A stretch of DNA of 64,000 nt from Cycas panzhihuaensis (lineage: Eukaryota > Plantae > Cycadophyta). A model generated the notes under the pieces. That model searched no databases. It had not been told where the DNA came from and was given only the letters and a program-made list of their open reading frames with translations. The translations under genes and the position numbers were made by a program. Of the stretch, positions 9,064 to 23,643 are shown in pieces; the first letter of the stretch is position 1, and every line of letters begins with the position of its first letter. The stretch spans positions 89,721,741-89,785,740 of the forward strand of contig CM041465.1 in assembly GCA_023213395.1 (NCBI GenBank), written 5' to 3'.

Positions 9064-11261
9064 ATATGACTGTTCCTACTTGTTTCTTAAAATCTGCCGT
9101 GGCAATTTCGTATTTATTGCGAAGCTACCACGTGTCCCGTGACTTAACTCGCTCCCAACCATGTCCTAATCACTCGCTTTAGGGTTTGGGTTAGGTACTT
9201 AAGGCATGATCTACTCATTTTTAAGAATTTTTTGGCTCACTTTTTGGATTGCTCCTCAAGGAAACCACGCTGTGCTCTGCTCTTCTCTGTTGTCCTACTG
9301 CTACCATAGGACCTGCGTCTCTCCTACAGCATCCAGCTCTCCTTCGGTGTGGCAAGGACATCTTCCCAGCCCTTCACACACCTTAGAGAGGGCCCCTTGG
9401 AGAGATTTCAGTAGATTCTTGCCTCGGGCAGTCTTCAAGTGTTCCAAGTGTAGGTGTTCTCCTTTCAACTTTACTAGCAGGGTCCCAAACCTGCTACACT
9501 ACAGTTCTAGGCTGATTTCTCAGCCTCCCCTTGCCAGCCCTTGGCTGAGGCAAGCACCTTTCCTCCTCCACTCAGGTATTCATTGATTTGAGTTGTTTCT
9601 CTTGTGCTATTGACGCCCTAACTTGCTTGATTCTTTCTTGTCTTTGTGAGGGTTGTTTTCCTCTTTACATTAGGTTGTTCTACCTCTCTTATAGTGCCTC
9701 CTACCTACATTTGTTGCTCAAGGCAACGGTACTAAGGGTTGACATAAGTTTTGGGAAGGAGCTGGGTGGATTCCGCACCACCTTCCACGCTCCTCAAGTG
9801 GCTTTAAGCCCCCCAAATCTTCCCTCTTGCCTCGTGCTGTCCTTGGCACTCAAATGGGGGTTTGTTGGCCCTCTTTTAGCCACTGAAATCAGCGTTGTCA
9901 CAGGTTGCAGTGCTGGTTTGAGGACTTAGGCTTAGGTCCAGGCAACTTACGTAAGTCTCGACCGCTTGTTCTTGTCTAACTCTTTTTCCGGCAGCCCGGT
10001 TTGCTCTCCATAGCACCCCGATTTTTCGTAGGTCTTCTTTGGCTCCTTTTCACCCCCTTGTTACTATTTCCAGCCATCTCTCTTGGCCTTGCCCTCACTG
10101 CCTTATGGATTTTGGGGGGAGGTTAGGGTGTTCTTTGCAGGAGGTGGGCCACTCCGAGGCTTACCGGTTACTTTCCCTTCGCTTCGGTTGTCCTTTTTCA
10201 TATATTATCATCATTGTGTTGGTGCTAACATATACGTGTTTGAATTCATATTTGTATTATATAGACATGTATTATTAAGATCTCGCCATTGCATGTTAGT
10301 ACCCTTTCTCTGGAAAGGGAGAGGTCGTCGTTGCTTGCAGGTGCTTGGAGAGCGTGAAAGGTATTTTCTGCTTGTCCCATTCTTGGTAAGTGCTCCTACG
10401 CATGTTGTACTTTCATACTTCTTTAGTCACTAGTATTTAGTTCTTTTCTTTCCTTGGTATTGTACTTTAGTATTTTTCCAAGGAAGGTAAGGGAGCCCCT
10501 CTTTCCAATCCGCCATGACGCTTCGCACCCAACACACCTTGTAGAGTAGTTTGGTGTCCCTTGGGAGGGCCTTCGTCGCGCACGCCTCCAGTCCAGGTGC
10601 ATGCCTCACTCCACCCTACTACTCTTTTCTTTTGAATTCCTTTTTAGTAATTAACTCATCGGAGATCAAAAGGGAAACTTAACTTTGCTTTCGGTTTACA
10701 CTTTATTTGTTTTATTGCATGCATTTCTGCCACCCATAGGAAAAGGTCATAGGAACTGCTCCTTTTCACCTTTCCTCTCTATCTTAGCCATGCGAGCTTT
10801 TTGCCCTCCGTATTACTCGTATTGCCCAGTTAGTTTGCTTAGGCATACCTTGACCCATCTTCTTGGATCATTCCTCTTGCTTTCATTTGGTTCCCCGCCT
10901 CACCGGATAACCAAAGTGACCCCATCTATAGGCCAGTCGTTTGCCTATCCTTCTCCGTTTCCCGTTGCTTTAGGGAAACCCTTGAAGGCTCCTCCCCTTT
11001 CCCTTCCGGCCATCCAAGGGTGGAAGGATCCTTCCTTTAAGTCAACCCAGGCTAACCCTACGCCTCCTCACCCTTTGTTCGAAGTGGTGGAGAATCACCC
11101 TTTGGTAGCCACATTCCATCAGTGTCCCGAACTCAAGGCCTGTGCATGTGGTGCCCTGCGTGGTAATTACCCTACTTATAGGTCTCTTTCTTGATCACAT
11201 TATCACCCACTCTTACCACACTTATTTAGTTAGGTAGCTATCCCGTAGATGCGTGTCCACA

Positions 11262-14200
11262 TTGGTTAAGCCAAAAGGTATGACTAGGAATTCATAATGG
11301 CCTTCATGGGTGCAAAAAGCTATTTTATAAGCATCAGCAGCCTTGATTCTAATTTGGTAATATCCAGATTTTAAATCTATGGTGGTGAAAAGGGTTGCTC
11401 CATTCAATTCATCTAACAACTCACCAATCACTAGTATGGGAAATTTATCTTTAATAGTAATTTTATTTAATTCCTGATAATCCACACACATATGAAAGGA
11501 TCTATCCTTCTTTTTAACCAATATTACTGGTGCCAAAAATGTGCTTTTACTTTCCCTAATGGACCTAGCTTCAAGAAGTTCATGCACCAATTTTTTAATT
11601 TCATTCTTCTACTGATAAGGATATCTATAAGGTTAGATGCTAGGTAGATTGCTACTGGTAATGAGTTCAATGGCATGATCTTGTTCCCTTTTTGGAGGAA
11701 GCCCCTTAGGAATTCCTTCGAAAACCTTGCTATGTTTGACTAACACTTCTTTCAATTTAGGTGTTAGATTATTGTCCTTATGAAGATCTTCCTTTGCTAC
11801 TAACTCATGCCCTTCTAATGCATAACATCTAGCTATAAGTCTTATTCCTCCTTTTCTTAGAAGCTTATCCATCCTATGTGAACTAATGACCTATGATGGA
11901 GGTGGGCTAATTCCATTAAGTTGGTATTGTTGCCCTCCTGAGTTAAAACAGATGAATAATTCCTCCAAGTTAAGTTGAAAAGTACCTAATGTTTTCAGCC
12001 ATTGTACTCCCAAAATCACATTGTCCCTCCTACTAGAATGACATACATTAAGGAAGCCAATTGGTAATCTCCTATAGTCATTTTAATATTATGGCATTTA
12101 CCTCCACAGGCTAATGTACCACCATTGGCAACCATAACTTGAAAATTCTTAACTGGATAAGGAAAACAATTTAGTTCTTCTGCAAGTTTTGTATTGATAA
12201 AATTATGGGTGCTTCTTGAATCAATTAAGACGACTACCATTTTCTTTTTTAATGTATCCTATAATCTTGAACGTTTGTGGAGCTATAATCCCTACTAAAA
12301 TATGGGTAGATATTGTCACTGCGTTCTCTTCTTCAATGCCTAGTGGTTTGGGAGTAATATCATCTTCTACAATGGCTTCTTCTAGATCTTCTTCCTATGT
12401 ATCTTCAATGATGAATAGTCATCTTTCTGAACATTTATGATCTTTATTCCACTTCTCATTACATCAAAAATAAATACCCTTTAGCCTTTTCTCATCCATT
12501 TCTTTAGTTGTCATCCTTTGTGTTGTAGGAATGTATGGGCTTTTCTTTTCCTCCCCCCATCCTATTATATTTTCAGGTAGCCCTATTTTTAGCTTCAATT
12601 TGTCGAGCTACTATGATTGCTTCTGTTAGGATACTCGGTTTCAACAAGCACAATTCATATCATATATCTTCTTTTAAACCCCTAATGTAGAGTTCAAGCA
12701 ATTTTTCATTACTGAGATCATCAACTAAGGTGGCCAGTTTTTGGTGTTCTATAGTGTATTCTGATATTGTTCCTTCTTGTTTTAGTTTAACCAACTGACT
12801 AAAGTAGTCATCATTCTAAATATTAACAAATTACACTGAAAGATCCTCCACAAAAGTTTCCCACTTGTATGATATTCCTTCACACTTCTTCTTTATCCAT
12901 TGGTACCACTGGAAGGGTTCTGATTCCATATGTAAAGAAGCTAAGATGATTTTTTTATCAAATGGTACTTAGTGAAGACTAAAAAATTGTTCCATTTGGC
13001 TGACCCAAGTCCTCACATCTTTCCCATTAAATTTCCTAATTTCCACTTTAGGGAGATAACGGGATCATAGCCCTCCTTGGTCATGGTGATCACATTCACT
13101 CCCTATCTTATCCTTCCCCTTCTAAGATCCTTCATTATATTTTTGTAATCTTAATTGACTTGTAATCTTTCAAAGGTTTTCGCTAAAATTTTTCAATATT
13201 ATCTTTAACCTTACCCATCCTTAAGCTCAATTCTTCTATTACATTGGTATTTTCATCCTTCGTTGGGTCATTTTTTAGGGCCATTGTTACAAACCTGATC
13301 GAAGTTGAATGTTTGCTTTATAAAAGGTATATAGAAAAATGTATTTACCAAAGGTAACCCAACTAGGGTTTAGTCACTGGAGTCAAACTAATGAAGACTA
13401 ATAACACAGGGCTTTCTAAGTCTAGGATTATCTAGTTTGTAGGCCCTCTGATATACTGATCCCAGTCGTAAATAGTATCGACTTGTAGAGGCTAACTCTC
13501 TACTCTACAATCGTATAACCCCGTCTCTAGGGTACATGGAGAGTAACTTCTTGGGGCTAACTGCTTATCAATGTACTACAAATTACAGACGACTGACAAG
13601 TCTCCTATGGTTACCTATACTAGGAATGCCTATCAAGGGGGGTTCTCCCATATACTCGTAGGTACGTAGGGGCTTAATTCTGTAGCTGAGTTCTGTCTAA
13701 GGCTTAGTTTAGGAGTCCTTCACACAAGGGCAAAAAAATTAGCCATAATATGCTTATCCAAAAATGACAGTTCCTCATGATATTTATAGACCCCCGGTAC
13801 AGGTTCTCTAGCCTAGATCAACAAAAAAGATTATGAACAAAAAGTAAACTACTGTAAATTATTAAGAGAAAATGACAAAACTATTTCTCTCTAAAAAACA
13901 TATAGTTGAAAAATACATAAAATATGGATTAAAATGATGGCCTCTAAAAATATAATTCTAATAGTTCAGATGAAATTGAATTCTGATATCTAGATCATAA
14001 GTTATGACTCTTTCAAGAATTTCATTGTTAAGGTTTCTAAGGACTACAATAGTACCTACTAGTTAAATATAAATAACCTTTTGTTATGAGCTCCTATCAA
14101 CTCAAAACTACTTCCATCAGAAAGTAAATTAGATAACACACATAATCAAAAAATAATTTGAGGTCATTTGGATACCTATAGCCAAAGTTATGGTTCTTTG

Positions 14201-14779
14201 AAGTTGGGGTTACAGATTTGTCCTAAAAATATGGTGATAGAAAAGAAGTAGGCCGAAATTAATTTTGTTGTAATTTTTGCACTTTCACCCCAAAATCTAT
14301 AGTGCAACCACTCAAAATTTATAGGGCGAGTAATTTCGTATCAAATTCACCCTCCAAGAACCCTTAATGGCACCTCCTAGGTCACTACTCTGATACCACT
14401 TGTAATGAACCATTACACCAATTGTAATGAACCTGAATCAAAAGAGAAAAATCTAATTACATATGGTAACACAAAAGTCAAAATTAAATATAAGAGTATA
14501 AAGCATCCATAATCACATGTATCAATGGGCCTCTTTAAGGGGGCAACCTCCAATACATAAGATAACAATACTTCCAGATGATTCTCTCTCCTACATTACA
14601 TACATATATATAGGGCTATTAAGACTGCCCATCTCTTGGACTTATGAATATGGGATAATTACAAGAATAGAAATATAAGATTTGAGAAGAAAAGAGATAA
14701 GGGTTGGGTTCTTAACAGTCCATCTCTAATGCTGACCATAACTATTGATAATAGATACTTGCTAGCTCCCACTATCACA
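11262..14779 (-). mobile_element. 5' half of a chromovirus-like (Reina/CRM-type) Ty3/gypsy element: LTR, PBS, gag, protease and start of RT
   Basis: PBS TGGTATCAGAGT at 14387-14398 and LTR inner end at 14401 (outer end about 14779, uncertain). Gag from about 13284 (PKVEIRKFNGKDVRTWVSQMEQFF), protease [34 protein letters not shown]...[11 protein letters not shown]...[13 protein letters not shown]. Cut at 11262 by the left-hand element. Confidence 0.85.
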
Positions 14780-15671
14780 TTAATAATACCCTACTCTTGG
14801 GGACTTATAAGTCTATTTTAGATGTCGACACTTCTTGTAACCTATCCATCTCTAATTATCAAAAGAATATGGAACTAAGTAAGTATAAATGACTCACTAG
14901 GAAAATTAGTAAAAGGGATACATAATAAGTTTGAACTATGGCTTTAGAATTACCCAATATTCATCAAAATCCTCCCTTGCCATGTATTCATCATCTATCT
15001 CTAGCTTGTTCCCACTCGATAATCAAACCATATCATTTACCATTATTTTTAATAAATGTTTGTGTCATTCATTGGAGTTCAAACCTCACCTCCAAATGGA
15101 ACTTAAATATTATTATAATTCACCCAAAAACAAAAGTTTTCCAATGTCATTCTCATGCCCAACATATGGCATCTTTAGATCATTGAGTAATCACCTCCAT
15201 AAGTCCCTCTCTACTACTATGCTCATCACTATCCCCATGCATACTACTTGCATTATCCATCACCCATTTATCACCCTATGTAATCCCCCTCATCGTGTCT
15301 TCTTCACCCTTCCTTATTTGCCTCCATTTATCTTTCTTTTCCTCCCCCTTTCCTCTTGTTCCTCTTCCTTTATATCTATTTTTCCTCTCCCCTTCACCTA
15401 ATATCTTTCTTCCTACCTTCTTATTTTTTTCCCTTTCTCCTAACTACCCCTATGTCACCATAATCATCCTCTTAGTCATGTCCCCTTTGCCTTCATGGTG
15501 ATGCCCCCTATTCTCACCTACCTCGAACACTTACCATCAAGGTAAGGTTAGTTGTGCATGGGCATTCATGCCTATTTATTATTCAATGTATGGAATATTT
15601 CCCACCTACTATTTTATTTTTCTTTTTACTTTATGTTTTGTGTTTTTTTTTTGTGTTAAAGAGGGGGGTAT

Positions 15672-18600
15672 TAAAAGAGAATAAAGAGTACAGAGAGAAA
15701 TTAATACAAAAACTAAACATCAAGATCCACAAGAATAATATTTCTTTAATTAGTTTGTAAAACTCAACATATATCTCAATCATATATTTCATGAGACCAC
15801 CACCCATTGACTTCATCAAGGTACATAACGAATCAATAAATAAAATGTAAGTTCCAATAACCTATGACAAGGAATTACATAAGGTTAAATTAATAACTCT
15901 TTTAACACTCCTTCATAATTTATTGTCTCTTATAATAAGAAGCTTTATAACAGTTTTAAAATTTTCATGACCTAATGCTTTAGTAAGAATATTAGCAACC
16001 TCATCTTCAATTAAACAATAAACCAACTCTATTATTCTATTTTGTACTTATTCTCAAACAAAGTGACGTGAATTTTAATGTACTTTATTCTTACATAAAA
16101 AATAGGATTTTTGATAGTTTAATTATGCTTTCACTATTATAAAATAATGGTGTAGAATAAGTTTTCTCTAGTCCAAAATGGTTAAGAAGTCTTCTAAGCC
16201 AAATTACTTATGAAGTAGTTGAAACAATTGCTTTGTATTCAACTTTAATTGATGATAGATAAATAGTAGCTTGTTTCTTACTACACCATAAAACTATGTT
16301 AGAACTAAGAGTGAGTGCATACCTCAATGTAGATTTTCTATCATCTACATATCTATCCCAATCAAAGTCAATGAAACCTGTAGCTTGAACTTATTAGATT
16401 TAAAAAACACAAGTCCAAACTTAATAGTTCCTCTAATATACCTCAATATATGCTTTGTCACTTGCCAATGAGAAATACTTGGAGAACTTATAAATTAAGA
16501 TACAACTCCAACAACATAGCAAATATTAGGTCTTATGTAGATAAGACTACACACTAATTACCTATACAAAGTTGCATCAATAGTATTGTTGCCATCTTAT
16601 TTGGAGAGTTTGTAACCAACTTCAAAAGGAGTTACCACTAGCTTGGATTCTTCCAAATGAAAATGTCTTATAAATTATGAGCACACTTTGATTTTGAAAC
16701 AAAGATGCTATTATTTTTTTTCCAAATTCCTAGAACAAGATAATAGTGCAGGAAACCAAGATCTTCCATCTTGAACACTTTTCAAAGCTATCATTTTAGA
16801 TTTTTAATGTTTAACATATCACATCCTATAATGACAAGTTCATCAACATAAAGAAGAACTGTGACTATTTCTTCATTCTCAATCTTCATAGATAAACTAT
16901 GATCAGATTCATATCTGATCCAAGTGATAGTAAGCAATCACCAATGCATGAATACCATACTCTTGGTGGTTATTTAAGCTTATAAAGAACATTCTTCAAT
17001 TTGTAGATAAGATGCTCTTTTCTAAATTGCACAAAGCCTTTAGGTTGATCTATATATACTTCTTCATCAAGAATGCCATTAAGAAAAGTAGTCTTAATAT
17101 CCATCCAGTGTAGCTCTCAACCAAAATAAGATGTAAAATAAATGAGTATTCAAAATTAGGAGTAAATATTTCATTGAAATTATCTTGTATAGTTTGTGTA
17201 TAATCTTTGGCCAGAGAATGAACTTTATACTTGTCAATCACATAATTAGATTGATACTTCAACCTGTAAATCCATTTACAACCAATAATCATTTCATATT
17301 TAAGAAGTTCAACAAAATCCCAAGTTTCACTTTTAAGGATAGACTTATACTTGTCCTTCATATCATTTTTTAATGAGTAGAATCTTTTGATTTATTATAT
17401 GACTGAGGTTTATTAGTTCTTAAGATATTAGACATTAGAGAAAAAATTACTTTACTTCCTATCTTAATATCTTCATCAATATTTAAGTCTTCCACATAAG
17501 AGTCCTTTACAATTTATAAATAACATTTTGGTAATTTCCTTTCAAAAGAAGAAAGAGAAGAAGAGGGTTGTTGTGCCCCTTGTATAATTTCAAAAGTAAG
17601 AAGATCTTTTGTAGTTTTGTTGTTGTCTTTAGGGGTCATGTTGTTAATGGGTTCTAATACATCAAAGGGGACATCTCTATTAATTACAACCTTCCTTTCT
17701 ACTAGATTCCATAGTCTATATGCTTTAGATGTTTCATAATATTTAATAAATATGCATTTTAGGCTTTTATCATATAACTTATGCCTTTTTGGATCATGAA
17801 TATAAGCACAAGTTGTACATCTAAATACTTGAAGATTACAAATAGTGGGCTTCTTACTAGTTTAGTATTCTTAGGAGTTTTGTTCTAAACTACCTTTGTG
17901 AGACTTTTGTTTAGAATATATATAGTTGTTTACATTGCTTCTCCCCAAAAGGCATTTATAGCATTTTTACCCTTAAGCAATGAATAAACCATTTTTGCAA
18001 TTGTGATTTCTTTCTTTTAGAAACTCTATTTTGTTATGGAGTATATGATACTAAAAATTATTGTTGAATGCCATAATTCTTATAAAATCTAATAAAGTCA
18101 TTTGATAAATATTCACCTCTACCATCACTTCTTAAAATTTTGAGCTTCTTGAAAAGGTTTTCTACTTCAAATTTGAATTCTTTGAACCTAGAAAATACTT
18201 TTTCCATTGAGTTTAATAAGTAGACCGAAGTCTTTCTTGAGAAATCATTAATAAAGGTCATAAAAATTTTTGATCCTCTAAGTGAAGCTAGTGTGATTGG
18301 TCTATGAAGATTAAAATGAACCAATTCTAGTTTGTCACTTGCTCACTAAGTGGACTTAACAAATTTATCTCTATGTTATTTTCCTAATGTACAAACTTCA
18401 CAAACCTTTTTACTTTTCTTAATAAAATGGAAATCATGTATCATATTCAACTTACTTAATAACTAGAGACTATGGTAATTCAAATGACCAAAACAATCAT
18501 GCCATAAACTATTAAAAGAAATTCTAATTATAAGTCCAAGCCCACATATTCTAGAGAATTTATACATACCATTCTCATGGATAACTTGAGAAATTAGATG

Positions 18601-21566
18601 ACCATCTTTTTCAATAAAATATGAAGATTTGTCAAGCACGATTCTCATTTCATTTGATATAATATGACTTACAAAAAGTAGGTTAAATCTCTTTGAAGGT
18701 ATATAAAGGACATTAGTGATCTTAAAAATAAAATCATACTAGTGAATTATAATCAAACCTCATCTAATAGTAACATGTTGACTTTTGTCATCCAAAAAAC
18801 TAATTGGTAAACATCTTTGTAAAAATCATTGGACCACTCTTCACGATGAGAAATGTGGTTAGAATAACCAGAATCAACATACCATGTGACTTACTCTTTA
18901 GTTAAAGTATAAAGCACAAATGTTTTATCCTTATTAACATATAAGGTAGTGGTCTTACAAGCCTTTTTAATAGTTACCTTATTTTTCCAACACATCTTTT
19001 CAAGATGTCCTTGTCACTCATAGTAATTATAGATAAAATCTTTTATAGGCTCAGGTTTGGATTGGCTTAAACTTTAAACCTAAGAAGTTTGAGTACTAGT
19101 TTGAACTAAACCAAGACTTACTTTCTTTTTAAACTTTGATGCCAATGCCATGTTGTTTCAACTGCTACCATCAACATAGCCACCAATTCATTATTCTTCA
19201 TATAAGAGAGCCCATGTAAGCTCCTTAAAAGTACGAGGATTAGTTCTTTATGTTAATCATAAACTAGTCACAAAAATGTGAAATCCTTCATGCAAACTAT
19301 TCAACATGATACTCATTAGTTCTTTATCACTTATTTCCTTATTAATATCTAATAACTTATCCTTGATTTCTTTTAGTATCTACAAATGCATTGAAATTGA
19401 ATCACTAACCACCATCAAATGCAATTAATTTCTTAGGTATAATACCCTAGTTTCATTCTTGATCTCATACAAGTCCATTAGGGTTTACCATGCTTCAAAT
19501 GAAGACCTTTTTCCTTGAAGATAAACAATGAGATAATCTATAATAGATAAACCAATAATCACAAGGGCTTCACGATCATAATCTTTCCATTCTATAAGTT
19601 GTTTTAGGAATGCTAGTGGTTTTTTTCTGCTTGTTAGAAGTTGAAGGTTTCTTCTTATCTCCATCATCAGGCTTCCTAACATCACTCTTTTCATTGTCTT
19701 AATCAAGACGAGGTTTCTTTTCCTCTCTAGCTATAATCTTTAATAATTTCTTTAAAGCTAGAATATTAGAAATTTTAAATTTCCAAATATTGTAGTTCTT
19801 TCTATTTGGTTTACTTGATTAAGATAAAATATAACCAACAATGTTGATGTTAATATATTAAAAAGATGTACTAATCAACAAATTTAATGGCCTAGTTTAG
19901 TTGTGCTTAAGGTTTGGTATCAACTTGCTATACTAGAACTTAAAGGAAAAATTCTTATGTAGTCAAAAAGAACAACTTCAAAATGAAATAATTGTAATAG
20001 ATTATTGAAACTTAGCTAATTTTAAAATAATTAATGGTTTCCCTTATCTTCAAATCAATAATTCTTTGGAAAAGAGAGAATTGCAACTGGTGATTGTCCT
20101 AGCTTTAACAAAACTCAAAAAAACTTCCTTAAAGATTAGAAATATTCTCTACGCTAAATTTGGTATCAATAGAAAATTGTAAAAGAAGACTTTCTCCAAA
20201 TTTGATAGTAATACACAACTCCAAAAATCTATGATATCCCTCTATAAATTGTATGGATAGATAAGAATTTTCACAAGACACCCTCCAAATTTTGAAAATT
20301 CCAAGAAACTTCTAACATCCCACTACAACTTTTATGTTGGAGAAGAGAGATGCTAAGAGTAAGAGGTTCATATCACTAGTTAATAACTCCAAATCTGGTT
20401 GTAGGATAGACACTTATGGTTCTATCAATCCCTTAGATAAGAGAAGAATATCTCATGCAAAATCCTAATGGAATCATTGTCATAATTTCTTTCCATAAAA
20501 AAGACCTCTAGTAAATTTATTTGGCAATATCTATGGTAAGAGAAAAATGTCACATGTAAGCATTCCTTAGTGACTAGAGAAATTCAAAACATCTAGAACA
20601 AAATAACTAGATATTTGACAAACATATAATGTCATACAAACTTGTTAATCCCTCCTTAGTGGTTATAAATCATCAAGTTAATAATTTCACTAAATACCAA
20701 ACTTCAAACTAGTAGAAATAAAGAAAAATCCCAGGATAATAGACTTTGAACTAGTAGAAATGAAGAAAGATCCCATCCTCAGTGACTATGGACAAATTCC
20801 ACTATACAAATGGATAGGATCCAAACAAATTTGATAGGAAATCTAGTCAAATCATCTTCAAACTTATGTGTGTCAAATTTATAAGTAACTTCAAACCTAC
20901 AATTTGCTTCCAAATCTATGGGTCTCTTCAACTGGCAGGCATCTTCAACTGCAGATGAGTTTGTGGAAATAAAAAATCTCACATGTAGGGCATAAAACCC
21001 TTAACTAGAGTGCTAAGAAGAAATCTTGAATATGAAAAACACCATAAATAATTTAGGCACAAAACCCTACAATCAATATTAGATGAAAAGAAATGGAACT
21101 TTTGTTGGAACAAATAATTGCTACTATATTTGACGAAGAAAATGAAAAAGAAGTTATAAATGGAGAAACACTAAATATTTCATTATTTTATGAAAGAGAA
21201 AATAATGATAAAGGAATCCATGAATGAAATACAAAATTTACAATGAAGAAGATTTTTTAATCTACCTTATTATGACCATACAATATGAAGAAAGCACAAA
21301 GACTATTGACTTTATTTAGGCTCTAATACCATGAAAGAGAACCAAAAGTATAAATAGAAATCAATACAAAAATTATATACAAAGATCGACAAGAATAATA
21401 TTGCTTTAATTAGTTTGTAAAAATCAATGTACATCTCAATCATATGCTTCATGAGACCACCACCTATTGACTTAATAAGGGTGCATGAAGAATTAAGAAA
21501 CAAAATCTAAGTTACAATGACCTATGACAAGGAATTACATAAGAATAAATTAATAACTCTTTAATA
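15672..21566 (-). mobile_element. Degenerate full-length Ty1/copia element
   Basis: LTRs 15672-15907 and 21332-21566 (about 235 bp), PBS 21320-21331. Remnants of gag (about 19750-19000), GAG-pre-integrase (LWHDCFGHLN), integrase (FINDFSRKT..Y, LKILRSDGRGEY), RT (TWDFV, IGCKWIYRLK) and RNase H down to about 15950. Many stops. Confidence 0.9.
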
Positions 21567-23643
21567 AGAATCCCCCCACTTAAAACTTTGTTTGTTTTGA
21601 TTGTTAAGGGAGGGTGGAAGAAGGGGTGAATACCTCCTATTCTCATGGGGTTTTGGGGGTAAAATAGGGGGTAAAACAACTAGTCCTTTGCCTACCCCCC
21701 CACCTAGCTTTTTTTTATACATATTTTTTAATATTTTCATCACTAGGGGACAAACTAAACACTCAAAATCCTTGGCATACTGAATAATAAGATGATGGCT
21801 TAAATGAGATATTTTTAATTATAAAATTCCCTTGATCATATTGGATCATAAGCATAAGTACCAAACAAAAACATGAGGTAGATAAGGGTAAAAATGACAC
21901 ATTTTGCATTGTTATTTTTCTCAAATTGGGACATGAAATTAAGGTCATAATTACAAATTATAGGGCACATTTTATAGGAGATTTGAGTTTCAAAGCAATG
22001 CATTAGTCAACTTGTCTATCATGTATTATATTCTAATTGGCCTACATCATTAGTTTGTTGATAATATATTACAAACATAAATGGGCATACATAAATTATA
22101 ATAGCATCAATCATTAACAACTTTAAATTAAATATAAAACAAAGAGGCATACCAAACTATGTCGAGGAGCCCAAAAGTAAACAAACAAGGTAACATACCC
22201 TTTTAACTTGAGCATGTTTAGTAACATGACAATTTTAGTCACAACCTAAAGTGATATTTATTATACAAACCTATACATTCTCCATTATATATTTAACCAT
22301 CTCCTCTTTTTTTCTTCTTCTTCTTACAATTCTTCTACAACCTCTTTTGCACCCATTTCTTATTCATTATCCCTTACATAAATTTTTCTTTAGATAATAA
22401 TGATCTTTCCTCAAGTTTCCTCCATATTCAAAGCAAGTCCCTATTTCTATATATTCATAATATGTAGGCCCTATAAACATGTTGTCAGCCTAATTTTCTT
22501 CCTTTGGTGTAGGTGTTCTTACTATCCTATATGGATATCTCATATTTATTCCTTTATTTATTGCCACCTTAATGGATTAAATAAGAAGTTATTGTTCTCC
22601 TTTCTTACCTAGCCTTACCTTCTTACCATACAAAATTTATCCTTTACACTCCTTTTAAGAGTTATTAGTTATCTTAAATTCTCTACCTAGTATGTTTTAA
22701 GCTTGTATTAAATTTATTCTCTAAGTCCCCTTAAACATGCATTTAATAAGAGCCTATTTCTTAGTAGAACTAAGAATATTTTAGAGGGATTAAAATGTGT
22801 TAGCATACTTTTCTATTAAGCCTCTCTATTGGAATTAAGTTAAATATGCAAAGTAATTTTTATTCCAAGTCTCTTTATACTATTCATACATTGTTATTTA
22901 GCAAAATAAACACTTAAAATTAGTAGTATGCTTATAGTCCTGACACCATAACATAAACTAGTTTAGAGCCTTATTACTTAGTTGGAGAGAAATAAATAAT
23001 ATTTTCCCTCTTGTTAAACATGGGTGAATGTCAAAATAAACTTCCATTTTGTAATCCATCTCCTTATATCATTACTTTTGTAAGGTTTAGAAATCTCTAT
23101 TTAGACTTCCATATTCATGAGCACAACACCTCATCGTTGAGTATTCTTGGATGGATCATTTAATTCATCATAGCCTTACCTTCTTTTTCCTTTATTTCTC
23201 CTTTAATCTTGAACTTTCATAAATCCATGAGTACTAAATTTATATCCCTTAAAATTTTATCTATTTTCTTCTTGAGTTATATGATATCTTTATCCACACT
23301 ACTAAGGTATTATTTTGACTTTACTTTGAAGGTAATCAATTGCTCAATAAGGATCAAAGGAGATATTCATTAATTTCTATAATAACCTCTAAATAGGATG
23401 GTAGAATAGTGAGATATAATAAGATGGGAATAGAGGGAGTGGTGGAATTAGGGAAATAGAGGGCATGGAAATGAGACTAACATCAATGATGATCTTCACT
23501 TATTATAAAACCATAGTCTTAGATCCATTAAGAAGAAAATCATAGGACTCAAATTTTTAATAACTTAGCTTTATATCATATTATTACTAGGTAGTATTAG
23601 GGATGGATTAGGAATATTAGGAATGATAATACTGTTAGCATAA

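Larger units (their letters stand above)
1..11261. mobile_element. Right-hand part of a large Tat/Ogre-like Ty3/gypsy element (extra-ORF region plus terminal LTR segment), interrupted by 2099-7929; left end outside window
   Basis: Ends ...GTGTCCACA at 11261, exactly where the neighbouring gypsy RT frame breaks (PFGLTN|VDTH instead of PFGLTNAP). Carries PMD and archaeal-type RNase H, both typical of Tat-clade elements. Several + strand splice-like signals at 8.5-10.5 kb suggest + orientation. The inner LTR boundary was not found. Confidence 0.6.

Noticed and set aside
10551-10572. TGGTGTCCCTTGGGAGGG as a PBS of the Tat-like element
   Set aside because: It is not preceded by a CA LTR end, and I could not assign a matching plant tRNA.
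9206-11194. Listed + strand ORFs of 79-169 aa as proteins
   Set aside because: Overlapping S/P/L-rich frames without recognisable domains, expected by chance in GC-richer LTR-like sequence.
14931-15500. Helitron helicase remnant (VPFGG on the minus strand) or real small ORFs
   Set aside because: A single short motif with no supporting helicase motifs. The + strand ORFs are low-complexity pyrimidine-rich shadows.
21570-23640. DNA transposon remnant
   Set aside because: No TIRs, TSD or transposase motif could be supported by eye, so it was left unannotated.
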